The notes beneath the pieces are model-generated. The model saw only the letters and a list, made by a program, of their open reading frames with translations. It had not been told where the DNA came from and made no database searches. A stretch of DNA of 63,604 bases, counting the filler, from Sluysia triapertura (Eukaryota): assembly GCA_046118255.1 (NCBI GenBank). It is 5 parts of 5 records of this genome, joined end to end, with 100 filler letters (N's around TTAATTAATTAA, not from the genome) between each part and the next. Parts side by side here need not be neighbours in the genome. Positions count along the whole stretch, not along the records: positions 36,930 to 50,067 come from JBJNIA010057324.1; positions 50,168 to 63,604 come from JBJNIA010039692.1; 3 more parts are not named here. One strand, 5' to 3'. The position numbers and the translations under genes are program-made. This document shows positions 40,706 through 51,930 of the stretch, piece by piece; position 1 is the first letter of the stretch; every line of letters begins with the position of its first letter.

Positions 40706-43700
40706 ATGTCTAGTTGTATTAAAATTAGTGGTAAATTTAAAGATGCTATCAAATATGGATTAGATGCATCATTTCGTTTGACAAAATTTACAAATTTGAA
40801 GGGTTGAGGTTGCAAAGTTCCGCAGGCTGCTTTAAAAGAAATGCTTGCGGAACTTGGTTGTTTTTCTTTTGGCAATGGAGGCGATGCTAAATCGAATCTT
40901 GCCAAACATTCTATAGGTATTTTATTATAATTATTTCAAATATCTTTCAGGAATAGGATTAGATTCTTGCGTTTTACCTTTAAAACAGCATCCCAATTTA
41001 AATTTAGTTCAAACTACCGATTTCTTTTATCCATTAATTGATGACCCTTATACTATGGGCCGTATTGCATGTTGCAATGTGTTGAGTGATTTGTATGCAA
41101 TAGGAGTAGATAAGTGTGACAATATGCTTATGCTATTGGGAGTTAGTTCACAAATGTCCGAGGAAGAAAAACGAGTTTCAGTGCCTCTACTTATGTCTGG
41201 ATTTCGAGTTATCTTATTTTCAAAATATTATTGATATTTAGGATTGTGCAATAGAAGCAGGAACGGAAGTACAAGGTGGACAAACTGTTGTGAATCCATG
41301 GCTAATCATTGGTGGTGTTGCGACATCAATTTGTGAATCATCAGATTTAATTATGCCTTATAATGCTCAAGACGGTGATATATTAGTATTAACAAAACCT
41401 CTTGGTACTCAGGTAGCAGTAAATGTACATCAATGGATGGAAACTTCTCATCCAAAATATGAAATTATTAAGGAAATAGTTACAGACACTGATATTGACG
41501 AACTTTTTGATAAAGCAACTTTTCAAATGGCTTCTTTAAATATGATAGGTGAGTTTATAGTATTATTAATATTTAAGAGAATGTTGTTAAATTTAATATT
41601 AATTTCAAGTTTCCCAGGTGGTTCTTTAAAGTTGGGTTCGATATCCATAAAAATTTATTATAGAAAGCAATTAAAAAATCATTGGTCTTAGTATAGTTTT
41701 TTACAGCATAAGGTTGTTTTTCCTGTGGATATTTTCATGTTTTTTAATAAAACTAATATACTTTAACAATTTTGAATATTACTTGTTTACGCGAAATATT
41801 AAATAAATCTTAACTTAAATTGCCAATATATTATTAATAGGTCCATGTTATTCAAATATACGTGAGTTATGTTTACACGTTTGAAAATATATCGAATAAC
41901 GTAACCTAAAAAATCGAATTAACATTTTTAAAAAATAAATTAAAATATAAAGTCAAAAGAAAATATAATAAGAGCGACAGAAATATATTAGTGAATTTCC
42001 ACTTAAATTTTTTAATCAGATTTTAAAGAAATTTAGGGTTTATTTAATAGGATTTAAATAGGAATTAAAAAAATTAAGCTACTCTTTATAGAATTGCCCG
42101 AATACTATTGATATTTTATATGTTTGCGATGAATAAACTAAATTTTTTTTATAAATTCATAGCCTTTTAATAATATTATAAGCTTTTCTATTAATGTTTT
42201 TTCTTTGTATTTAACTAAAGGTATAATCCTTTATGAAAATAAAATTTAAAACTTATTGTCCTACTTTAAATTCGCCTTGAATTCATCTAGGGACTTTTGT
42301 TGGGTCTCCTGAACCTTTTTCAAAATCTGTTGTATTTTTTGTTTGTCTGAGTCTATAAGAGATGTTTTTGAGTGTAGTTGTGAATGAAGTTTGTTTTGTG
42401 TAAATGTATTTGGTGATGTATGTGTCATGTGTGTGTAATTTGTGTTGTGTGTGCTTGTTATTACTGCTACTACTATCATTCTTCTAGTCATTATTATTAT
42501 TATCACTATTATTATCGTCATCATCATTATTGTTATTATTATTATCATTATTATTATTGTCATTAATATTAGTGTACTCGTTATTATTATTGTTATTACT
42601 GTCATTATTATTATCGTTATTATCACTATTGTCTTTATTATTACTATTGTCATTCCTATTGTGATGACTATCTCTGACTATCTACAACACGTTGATTATT
42701 TTATCGACATTGATATCTAAACATTGATATGAATGACTAAATAATCTAAATACATTGATAGCTTTAATCTACATTGATATAACATTATTACAAATTACAT
42801 TTGTTTAATATTTAATATTTATCGATTAATTTTATTGATTTTATGCTTACATTTGTTGATTAATTATTGAATTTTTGGAAATAATTTTGGTATTTCAAAT
42901 TATTAATTTTTGAAGCAGAGTAATATAGAAAATGCTATTAAACAAACAAGATGTAGAAGAGATGTTTAGATGCTGCGCACATTGCAAACTTGAATTGTGT
43001 AAGATTAATAACATTTATTGTCAAGAATTATCTGAAGTAGATCAAAGACCTAGACGTGTTGTGTTTGTAAACATGGATCATTCAAAGCTACAAATTAATG
43101 TTGTTGCATTTAATAAAATTGAAAGTAATTGGATCAAACTCAATTCCTGTTGGAGGTAGAGGCATTGACAATTATTTATAATTTCATGAAGGAAGTATTC
43201 AAAACAAAATATAATTTAAATGCTGATAATACGAAACCAAGTATACGGTAAGTACCGTAACTAGTATCTGACAAGATAATAAATTCGGGCTCCCTGCAGC
43301 ACCAAAAAACAATTATATGCAACGCAACAATTATATTTATAACGAACAGTATGCATGTTCAAAAAGTATATATAAAATAAAAACCAAAGAACAAATTTAT
43401 GGATTAGAAAACGATTATAAGAATATCGTCAGCATACATATATTTTGGGCAGGAACACGTATTCAGGGTCCTCAAGCCTGGGCACATGCGGGTGCACCTG
43501 CCTAGTTAGGGCTTTTATTGTGGTTATAACAATAATGTTAAAAGCTTTTACACAATTAGTTCTTAATCAACAGAAATTCCTTGGAATGATATAGATGTGA
43601 GTAGTAAAATACAGCGCTCAATTGGAATATTGTTTCAATTTTAAAATAATACGTTTTCAGATTTTTAAGGAAATATAATATTTTGTAAAAATAATTCAAG

Positions 43701-44970
43701 GTGAGTGTGCTATTTTTCGCATATTAATAGTTTACATTTAAGCTATTTTTTATTTGCACGAATAAAACTTATTTCATGTTAAAAAGCTTCTATTGATGAA
43801 AAGAAAAACCTATCTCAAATAAATTACAATTCGTGTCGCAAGATGCTAAATTATTGAATAATAAAAATATTACATCTAAATAAAAGCCATTGTGGATGTA
43901 ATAAATCAATAACAAATAAATTAATGCGGCATTAATCTGAATTAAAAAATTAAAAAAAGTTACAAAATTTTGCATAATTTATGTAGTGATTGAAATGGCT
44001 GCATGGTTTTTGCTTAGCTAGATCAAACTTAAATGGTTGTTTGATGATGTTGAAACCACTGACATAGCTGATAGCAAAGAAACGAAGGATCAGGTTTTTC
44101 GAGAATGGAACGAAATAAACAGAACAAGAGAATGTAGCCAACAGAGATTCAAAGATATTTAAGATTGTACGTTACGTAAAGATGTTGATTTAGTTATAAT
44201 GAGTAATATAATTTCACAGAATCAACCGATATGTGTTAATGTTGAAGTCAATGATGCAACTGGTACTAAAGAATTGAAAATGCAAGGCGATATCAAAGTC
44301 AAAATGACACAAACTATTTTGAACCATATGAAGGAATCGATTCAGATGAACGAAATTATCAAATAAATCAATCAAGACTTTTCATAAAATAAATTCATTT
44401 GATAATAAAGTTTTTACAAAATGAGTGCTTAATCGACAGAAATTCTTTTGCATTATATAGATGTGAGTAGTAAAATACAGTGCTCAATTGGAATCTTGTT
44501 TCAATTTTAAAATAATGCGTTTTCAGATTTTTCAGGAAATATAATATTAATCCAAAATAACTCCGAACTCGAATGTGAATCAATGATTTGTTAAAACCAA
44601 AAATTATATTATTAATCATCAAATTGAAATTCAAATTTCCAATATAGAGAAATTATAATCAAAAGTTCTTGTTATTTTGTATTATGATGAAAAAACTACT
44701 TCCTTTATAGTATTTTTTAAGGATTCCAAAATGCATTTAATTTTAAAAAATAATAATTTTCTTCATAATCAGTTTCTTCCTATAATATTAATCTCCCTAT
44801 TTAACCTATAATAAGATACGTTTCAATTTTTTTCTCTATATTACCTGATTTTTCTATATAATAGTCAATCACATTCTGTAATGTGGCGCTGGCTATTGTA
44901 TTTTCTATAGTAATTTTATATCCGTTTTAATTATATAATGAGCTATAGTAGATTATAGTTTTGGTTGCAC

Positions 44971-45014
<44 letters not shown>

Positions 45015-46031
45015 GTATTTGTACATGCATTTTGTGTCAGTTATTTTATAATAAGTACATAATTATAAATGTATAACAATTATTATAACACTTATTTATA
45101 ATAAGTGTTTTGGTTACCTATATTTTATTCTTTATTAAAGTACTTGTGGTTACGTACATTTTAATGTTTCACTAATATTATCACACTGAAGACGGTATGT
45201 GATGAAAAGCATATAATCTAAATTCCCGCACAAAATTATCACTAAAATTTTACAACGATTTAGATTAAATGCAACTCTGAATTGAATTTAACGGCTCTTT
45301 ATTATTCAGCTATATAAAGCACACACTTTCATCAGATATTTGTTTATAGCAACAATTTTTGTAATGTTGTTTTTACTCATAATTGCAGTTTTATACTATG
45401 TTGCTTGAAATTCCAAATAACGTGAATTCACGTCACCCATATTCAGTGTGTTAACAAAATATTTCTTTTACATTTCTTACTTTAACAATATTAATTTAAA
45501 ATAATTAATTATAGAATTTCTACATTGACTATGAAATTTATTTCTAATAAGTAATAGTTTCGAATTCTATATTTATGCCATGGACAAGTTACAGATTAAA
45601 ACATAATCAATTAACATAAATTGATTATTGTGTAATTTTAATATAATCGTGCTTTAGGAGCTCGGTTAATAAAGAAATATGAAGCACATGCTTGTACCGA
45701 TGTCACTGGTTTTGGTTTATTAGGACACGCTCAGAATTTAGTTGAAAATCAAATCCAATCTGTCGATTTTGTTTTCACAATTCTTCCTTGTTTGAAAAAC
45801 ACAATGAAAATAGATACATTGGTTAACGGAATGTTCAAATTAGCTCGTGGTTTGTCGGCTGAAACTAGTGGTGGTTTGTTAGTGGCATTGGCACCCGATA
45901 AAGCTACTGGATTTATACAAGAAATGGAAAAAGAAACTGGCAGTCCTGTATGGAAAGTTGGACGAGTTGTTAGTGGTACTCGCAAAGCTATATTGAATGA
46001 TATTGATGCTGCTTCAGTTGTTGAAGTGTAA
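40706..46031 (+). CDS. SEPHS2: Selenophosphate synthetase (selenide, water dikinase), Sec/UGA-containing SPS2 type; exons 40706-40916, 40951-41207, 41242-41548, 45658-46031; 382 aa
   Basis: The spliced frame is continuous (1149 nt) with GT-AG introns of 34, 34 and 4109 nt. Motifs: [18 protein letters not shown] (TGA at 40805-40807, codon 34), [89 protein letters not shown]. Confidence 0.95.
42455..42670. repeat. Degenerate trinucleotide (ATT/ATC/GTT/ACT) low-complexity tract in SPS intron 3
   Basis: Source of the spurious Ile-rich ORFs 42261-42653 and 42442-42720. Confidence 0.85.
42900..44620 (+). mobile_element. Decayed DNA-transposon (hAT-like) material in SPS intron 3, with 140-bp direct repeats at 43541-43680 and 44407-44546
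   Basis: [11 protein letters not shown] resembles the hAT CxxHxxxL motif. A GC-rich end-like sequence CAGGGTCC...GGGCACATGCGGGTGCACCTGCCTAG lies at 43464-43505. The direct repeat is directly visible. Confidence 0.4.
44971..45011. repeat. (AAT)n microsatellite
   Basis: Perfect trinucleotide run. Confidence 0.9.
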
Positions 46032-46056
46032 TATATTATGTAAGGTTTCATTAATT

Positions 46057-46123
46057 TTAGTCTTACCAAGAAATTTTATATAAACCAATGAACATAGTAT
46101 AAAATTTCAACATCTTATGCTAA
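46057..46123 (+). promoter_or_regulatory. SECIS-shaped 3' UTR hairpin with a non-canonical core
   Basis: Helix I TTAGT/GCTAA, an internal loop, a perfect 11-bp stem GAAATTTTATA (46070-46080)/TATAAAATTTC (46098-46108) and an unpaired AAA (46082-46084). The core positions read CCAA/AAC instead of ATGA/GAN. Confidence 0.45.
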
Positions 46124-46917
46124 TTGTATTTTAAATAGGATAATCAATAATTATATTAATGTAAAAATTGAAGTTTTTTATATTGCAGTATTCTTTATAT
46201 AATTTAAATATGCTGTTTATATCTTGTATGCTTTGTAACGAACTCGCAGATCCTGTCAATAAAATTTTGGTTTTTACTACTATTATTAACTAATATTATT
46301 TTACTAATATTATCGAATTTAATATAAAATTTTAGTACTACTTAGGTTATGTAATCCTTTAGGAAATCTGGATATGCTCAAATCTCTTAGCTGAATCTCT
46401 TTATAAATTAATATCTTAGATTTCTCTATTCTAGTTTTATACAATTATTTTAATGGAAGTGCGGAAGCAAGTTCTTATTTTATTTAATACTTACTCAAAT
46501 TGAAATACGTCTAATCTTTGTAAATCACTATACACGTCAGATATAAGTCTCTATCTTCCTCTTGGGTGCTCCACTTTCATTTACTAAAATGACTTAAGTT
46601 TAACAAAAACAAAAAATAAAACAGCAATGGTAATAATATTACTCCTCATTCCTTGGAGTAATATTCAATGAAATTTATTTGCGACACCAATTATTATATA
46701 ATAACGATACTAAAAATATTCTACTTTCCTTTTACAGACAGAAGAACAATAAATATTACTTACTAATTTTAAATAAGCAATTATGAGTTAAATTCCTCTT
46801 TTAGCAATGATGAGCTCATGATTAGCAATAACGTGATCCGACTCTCGAAAGAATACTATCTCGAATTTACAAATTAAGTCCTTTTGAATTAAATGGTTTG
46901 CTCCATTTCTCGTTTAC

Positions 46918-46981
<64 letters not shown>
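46918..46981. repeat. (ATT)n microsatellite
   Basis: Perfect run; source of the poly-Ile ORF 46898-47086. Confidence 0.95.
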
Positions 46982-49900
46982 GCTATAGTTCTACTTAAAA
47001 GAAAGCTAACTAACAAAATTAATAAACTATCTCTGAACGAAGACGCTTTAATTAGATTTTTACAAAGAAAAGAAGTTAGCTGTTAATTATATGCAAAACA
47101 GTTATATGTAACTTTTTGGATGCATATCCAAACGAATATCAACTCGTTAAATTTATATTTTAAATTTATTATAAATTAAGCCAGCCTTTTTACGGACTCA
47201 CGAATTTGTAATTAGATTTTAGAATTTGAACCAGCCTCGTATGGTCTGATTTACATGAAACATAGTTTAAATTATAAAGAAAAAGCAATGTTTTAAATTT
47301 CTATTATACAAAAGAAAAATGAGTTTACAACACAGTTAATAAGAATAATGTAGTAATTGTATGCAAATTGATACCTTAAACTTAGATATTAAATATATGA
47401 ATTTTAAAAAAGATTTTAACCTATCCAATTACGATATAGAATAAATTAGTTGTAGTTTACCTGGATTTTAATGATCCTATCGTTAAGATTAGGATTTTAA
47501 TACTTATTTACAAAAATTTACCTACGCATGGGAAATTATACATGAGCTGGCTGTCGAATTACAAAACATTGTGTATATATTTCAATTTCCAATATATATT
47601 GTCCAAAAGTTAGCTCCAAAACCTATTTTTCTTCAAAATGACTTTATTGATTTTCTCCTAAAATTTCATGCTTATTTCTTGCTTCCTTGTTTTCTGTTTA
47701 CAATTTAATTTTGAATAGTTAAAACAAATGTTAAATTTTTATTTTTAATTTATTGTTTTGAATAATTAGAACAATTTTTTAAAATTCTTTTTAAATACGA
47801 AATTATAATAATAATAATTATTATATTATTTACAACATTCTACAATATTTTTTAAATAATCAAAAGTCAAATAAAAATATATATAAATATATAAAATATA
47901 TTATAAATTCATAAATATAGTAAAGCAATAAATATCGCTCTGTCTGAAAAATTAAAATTTGAGCATTTTTAATTTATATTCATTATTATTCTATTTTACT
48001 TAATCTTTAATTTAAATTAATTTTAATGGAGAATAATGCTGCTAATTTTTAATTGCGTACTAGTTTTATTCAATCTTAATTTAATATGATTTTAATTGGA
48101 TTTTTATTCTTAAAGTTTGATTTCACATTATCTTTATAAAATCTCATTTTAAATGATTGTTTTTCTAATATCGATTTAAGATTAGTTATAATTTGTTACT
48201 AAATTTTAAATTTATGTTACTTCTGTTAAATCTCATTTTAAATTAATATAAAAGGATTTTAATGATAATTTTAATTTAATTTTAAGAATAATTTTATTAA
48301 ATAAATTTAAATTACATAAAAATGTGAAAGATTAAGAATTTAAAAATAAATGAATAGTATATTAGGTTAAAATTAATCATTAAATGAAAAAAATCTTTGT
48401 TAAATATATTTATTAAATTATAATAATATTTTGCAACCAATTTTCAGAGGTCACGGAGAAGAAATTTATTTTTAGTCAGTCATTCAAACTTTTACATTCC
48501 AATTTTTTACTTTTTTGAATTGAGATTTTAAAAATGACGCCACAGGCTTAAAAATATTCAATATTTGGCTTGTGGTTGATGATACAGTCTCAATTTTAAT
48601 AAATGTGTTGTATTGGTTTTAATTTTTCAGTGATTAATGTTTATAGTTTGAAACGATTTTTAAATATATATATGTGTGTGTTTTATTATTATTATAGGCA
48701 GGAAAATTATGTCTTTTGGTTTAATAAATACTTGCTCGTTATTGAATGTGTAAGATACGAAGTAATATGTGTAGTATGCAAAACGTGATATATAGTATAT
48801 CTATGTTATAAATCGCCTATATAATTTTGCTGTGGTTTTATATCTTAAACTTATCTTAATAAGCAAAATAGATTAATAGTAGAGTTCGCTTACAAAATAT
48901 GACTTACAAATGGTGTGTTTGTAAATAACGTGAGAATGCACTTATAAACTATCAAAGAAATATAAGTTAAATAACAGTGTCTCACTAAACGCGTTCGAGT
49001 TTAATTCCTTAACAAATATTATTATAAATAGGTTTATGACGAGAACTTTATGTAAACATTGTGGGCAAATATCTTTAATTGTACACGTGCTATGAATAAA
49101 TTATATGTTAATTATATATAATATCGGATATGAGAACAAATAATACTAAATGCGTATAATGAAAATATGTTAAAATAACTGTTACAAAGTTTTAATAAAT
49201 AATTAATACACACACGATGATTAAATAATAATAATATTCTTTTGAATGGACTTAGTCTGAAAGCTAAAATTAACTAGAAATTTAAAAGGATTTTATTATT
49301 GGCATTAAGGAGCAACAGAGAAGTGAATATTTTAAGTTGGATTTTTTACTTGATCTTTTTGAAAATTTAGATGATAATTGGTATTCACAATTGATATCAT
49401 ATTCGAATGCTCTGAGATGTCTCAAATTATTAGACCAACAATTATTTTCGATGAATTAAACTTGTTTTAAACAATTCTCAATATATTTATATTACTACTA
49501 CTATTCAATGTATTGTTGTGTTGTGAACATATATAAGTTACTTTCTTATATTGCTTTAGAGCCAATGGCTTTACTAATTACAAGTCCATTATTTTTTCGG
49601 ATTCTAGGTATTAACTAAAAAGTAAATTCAATTAATTGTTTTTCATCATTTACTAATACATTAGCTAAATATTTATCGAAAATAAATTTTTTATTAATTT
49701 AAAATTTATTTTAATTTAATTTATTTCTTTATTTAATGCTTTTTTTATTTTAATAAAGTTTTGTTTTCACCTACTAATTTATTAGTATATCATTTATTAT
49801 TTCAATATTTGTTGTTATACAGTCACTGTTCATTTTTATAAAATGTGAATTTGACTTTTCTAATATGTTATTGATACTATTTTTACTTTTGATAGTATAG

Positions 49901-49995
49901 AGTAATTTTATTATCTATTCCATAATAAAGTAATAAAAGTTAATAAATAAAATATATTATATACTTATTTAAATAATCGAACCTGGATGCATAAC

Positions 49996-50067
49996 TGTTA
50001 GACTTCGTAAAATGGACTGACCGGGGATCGAACCCGGGACCATCGTCTGCGCAGTCCGACTGCTCTA
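49996..50067 (-). tRNA. tRNA-like gene (3' two-thirds; apparent anticodon GCG, aberrant anticodon stem) inside the TG...CA mini-element; 5' end lost in the gap
   Basis: Minus strand: TAGAGC AG TCGGA CTGCGCA GACGA TGGTC CCGGG TTCGATC CCCGG TCAGTCC A TTTT ACGAA GTCTAACA. It has a perfect T-arm/B-box, a 3' acceptor strand complementary to GGGYTGA of the other copies, and a T4 Pol III terminator. More likely tRNA-derived than a translating tRNA. Confidence 0.65.
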
Positions 50068-50167
50068 NNNNNNNNNNNNNNNNNNNNNNNNNNNNNNNNN
50101 NNNNNNNNNNNTTAATTAATTAANNNNNNNNNNNNNNNNNNNNNNNNNNNNNNNNNNNNNNNNNNNN
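50068..50167. other. Assembly gap with TTAATTAATTAA linker
   Basis: N run with linker. Confidence 0.97.
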
Positions 50168-50541
50168 AATGTAATTGTGGTTTATGTGTTATAAGTTTGT
50201 GACTGTGATTTAGTTTAAGCAAATAAACTATTAAATAAATATTAAATATTAGGTATTCATTGTTAAAGTGTAGTGAAAATGAAGGGTTCGAAAGTACTGA
50301 GTAGATTATCACGAATGTGTTTGTTGTTGGATTATTGTGAATGTCAAGCAACATGTTCTTGGTGGATTAGTTAGTGTAATTGGTAATGTTGGGTGTAATT
50401 GTGATTCGTATGTTGTGGAATTGTGGGTATGGATTGATTTTAAAAAGTATGTAAGAGATGAATGTATGATTGTTAAAGTATGATGAAAGGAAAAAAAAAT
50501 TTATTTTTAATAAAATTTTAGTGGTTGTAAAGGTTGGCCAC
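50168..50541 (-). mobile_element. A/C-rich LINE-like relic (candidate APE region), same family as 62854-63410
   Basis: KNMLLDIHNNPTTNTFVIIYSVLSN aligns with KNMLLDIHNNQIISTFVIIYFTPSN at 62996-63070. The boundary motif is shared. Confidence 0.55.
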
Positions 50542-50972
50542 TGCACGATTCATTTTTTAGTCCGTTATCAATGTTGGTAGTTGATTCAGAAAGATCACGT
50601 ATTTTGTGTCGAGAAGACCTAAATCATAATGAAATTGAATAAAGTTTATGAGTTAGCCAAACATTCAGAGATTGTTCGAGTTTTGATGAAGATTTTGAAT
50701 AAATTATTATTTAAATTTTCTTTAAAAAAATTAAGTTTATAAGCTGCATTAAAGATTAAAAAATAACAATTTTGTCAAGGTGTTCATCACTACTTTTAAA
50801 GAATTATTTGTTTAATTTACATTTTAGTTTTGTTTCAATCGATTTTCAGTGTTACTTCTTAATCTTTAAGGAATTTTATTCATTTTGTGATGGTACTTGC
50901 GACATTCATATTGTTTTTTTTTAAATAAGTATTTTCTGGTAACCAGTTTATCATGCAATTTTTCTTTCACAG

Positions 50973-51389
50973 AACGTGTACTCAGATCAATCCGGGATTG
51001 GTAGTTGGACCTGGTATGAATGCCACCTTCTTCCTAATGGAATATCTGGTGTTCCTTGTGGTGGTTCTTCAGTGTTGGTCCAAGATCCTAGTCGACGTGT
51101 GTTTATTCCATTTTCCTGGGTTAGTGGCGAAGCCTCACCGTGTCCTTCTTTAGTGTGTCCCAAACCACGCACAATTTCTCTTGATATAGCGTCGAGTATC
51201 TCCGAAACCGATATGCGTCATCCTCCATCTGTTAAAGAAGCTCCATCAACTCCAGTCAATCGTCGAGTGTCGTGTGACGGACGGCAGAAGAAGCGATTTT
51301 TATTTGAAACTCAAACAGATACTGAATTGAAAATGTGGTGTGACGCAATCAATGAGGCTTTATCAGCATACAATTCTTTTCGGCAATAA
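50973..51389 (+). CDS. Terminal exon encoding an anillin-like C-terminal PH domain
   Basis: A strong acceptor TTTCTTTCACAG precedes a GC-richer open frame NVYSDQSGIGSWTWYECHL...LVCPKPRTISL...KRFLFETQTDTELKMWCDAINEAL. This compares with the anillin PH motifs TIFEDVSGFGAW, FCARRNTFEL and the C-terminal Trp helix. Upstream exons were not identified. Confidence 0.7.
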   Translation, partial: NVYSDQSGIGSWTWYECHLLPNGISGVPCGGSSVLVQDPSRRVFIPFSWVSGEASPCPSLVCPKPRTISLDIASSISETDMRHPPSVKEAPSTPVNRRVSCDGRQKKRFLFETQTDTELKMWCDAINEALSAYNSFRQ

Positions 51390-51802
51390 TATCGATTCTT
51401 ATTATGGAAATTGTATTTCGTTGATTTTCTAATTTAATTGTTTGAATTTTCTTCTTTTATCATCACTCTGCAATACTCAAATGTAATTTTACATTATATA
51501 ATGTAATTACACATTGACAGTTTATTGAAACATTTGCAATATTTCTCGAATATTTTCAATAATCTACTCTTAATTTAATAATCCGTATTTTATGCAAACA
51601 GAGAATTTTTATTATTTCACACACCATGCCTTCAAATTCATTATCGAATGCCTTTTGTGAAGTATCGGGATAAACAACGCAGTGACCAATTATACAATTG
51701 TAAAAGGTTTTAGATGCCATGTGTATGTACTGTCCTACTATTATGTATAAAATGTATAGAGAATATAGACGACTTATCATGTGTTTCTTATACTTATGCG
51801 AA

Positions 51803-51930
51803 GTAGTAGAAGTTTTAATAGTAAGAGTGGTAGTAGTAGTAATAAAAATAGTAAGAGTGGTAGTAGTAGTAATAGTAATAGTGGTAATAATAATGGTAAT
51901 AGTAGTAGTAATATTAGTGGTAGTAGTAGT
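51803..51930. repeat. Degenerate (AGT/AAT/GGT) low-complexity tract
   Basis: Trinucleotide periodicity with a duplicated AATAGTAAGAGTGGTAGTAGTAGT unit. Confidence 0.8.

Noticed and set aside
40690-40905. Minus-strand ORFs 40690-40905 and 45749-46069
   Set aside because: Antisense shadows of SPS exons 1 and 4.
42261-42720. Ile/Thr-rich 'membrane protein' ORFs on both strands (also 46898-47086, 51719-51975, 45-260)
   Set aside because: Translations of trinucleotide microsatellites and low-complexity DNA.
46087-46124. ATGAA CATAG...TTATG as a canonical SECIS start
   Set aside because: No GA on the 3' side, and the pairing is too short and conflicts with the stronger 11-bp stem.
51556-51780. 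Minus-strand ORF as a possible downstream LIG1 exon
   Set aside because: No convincing ligase motif; similarity too weak to support by eye.
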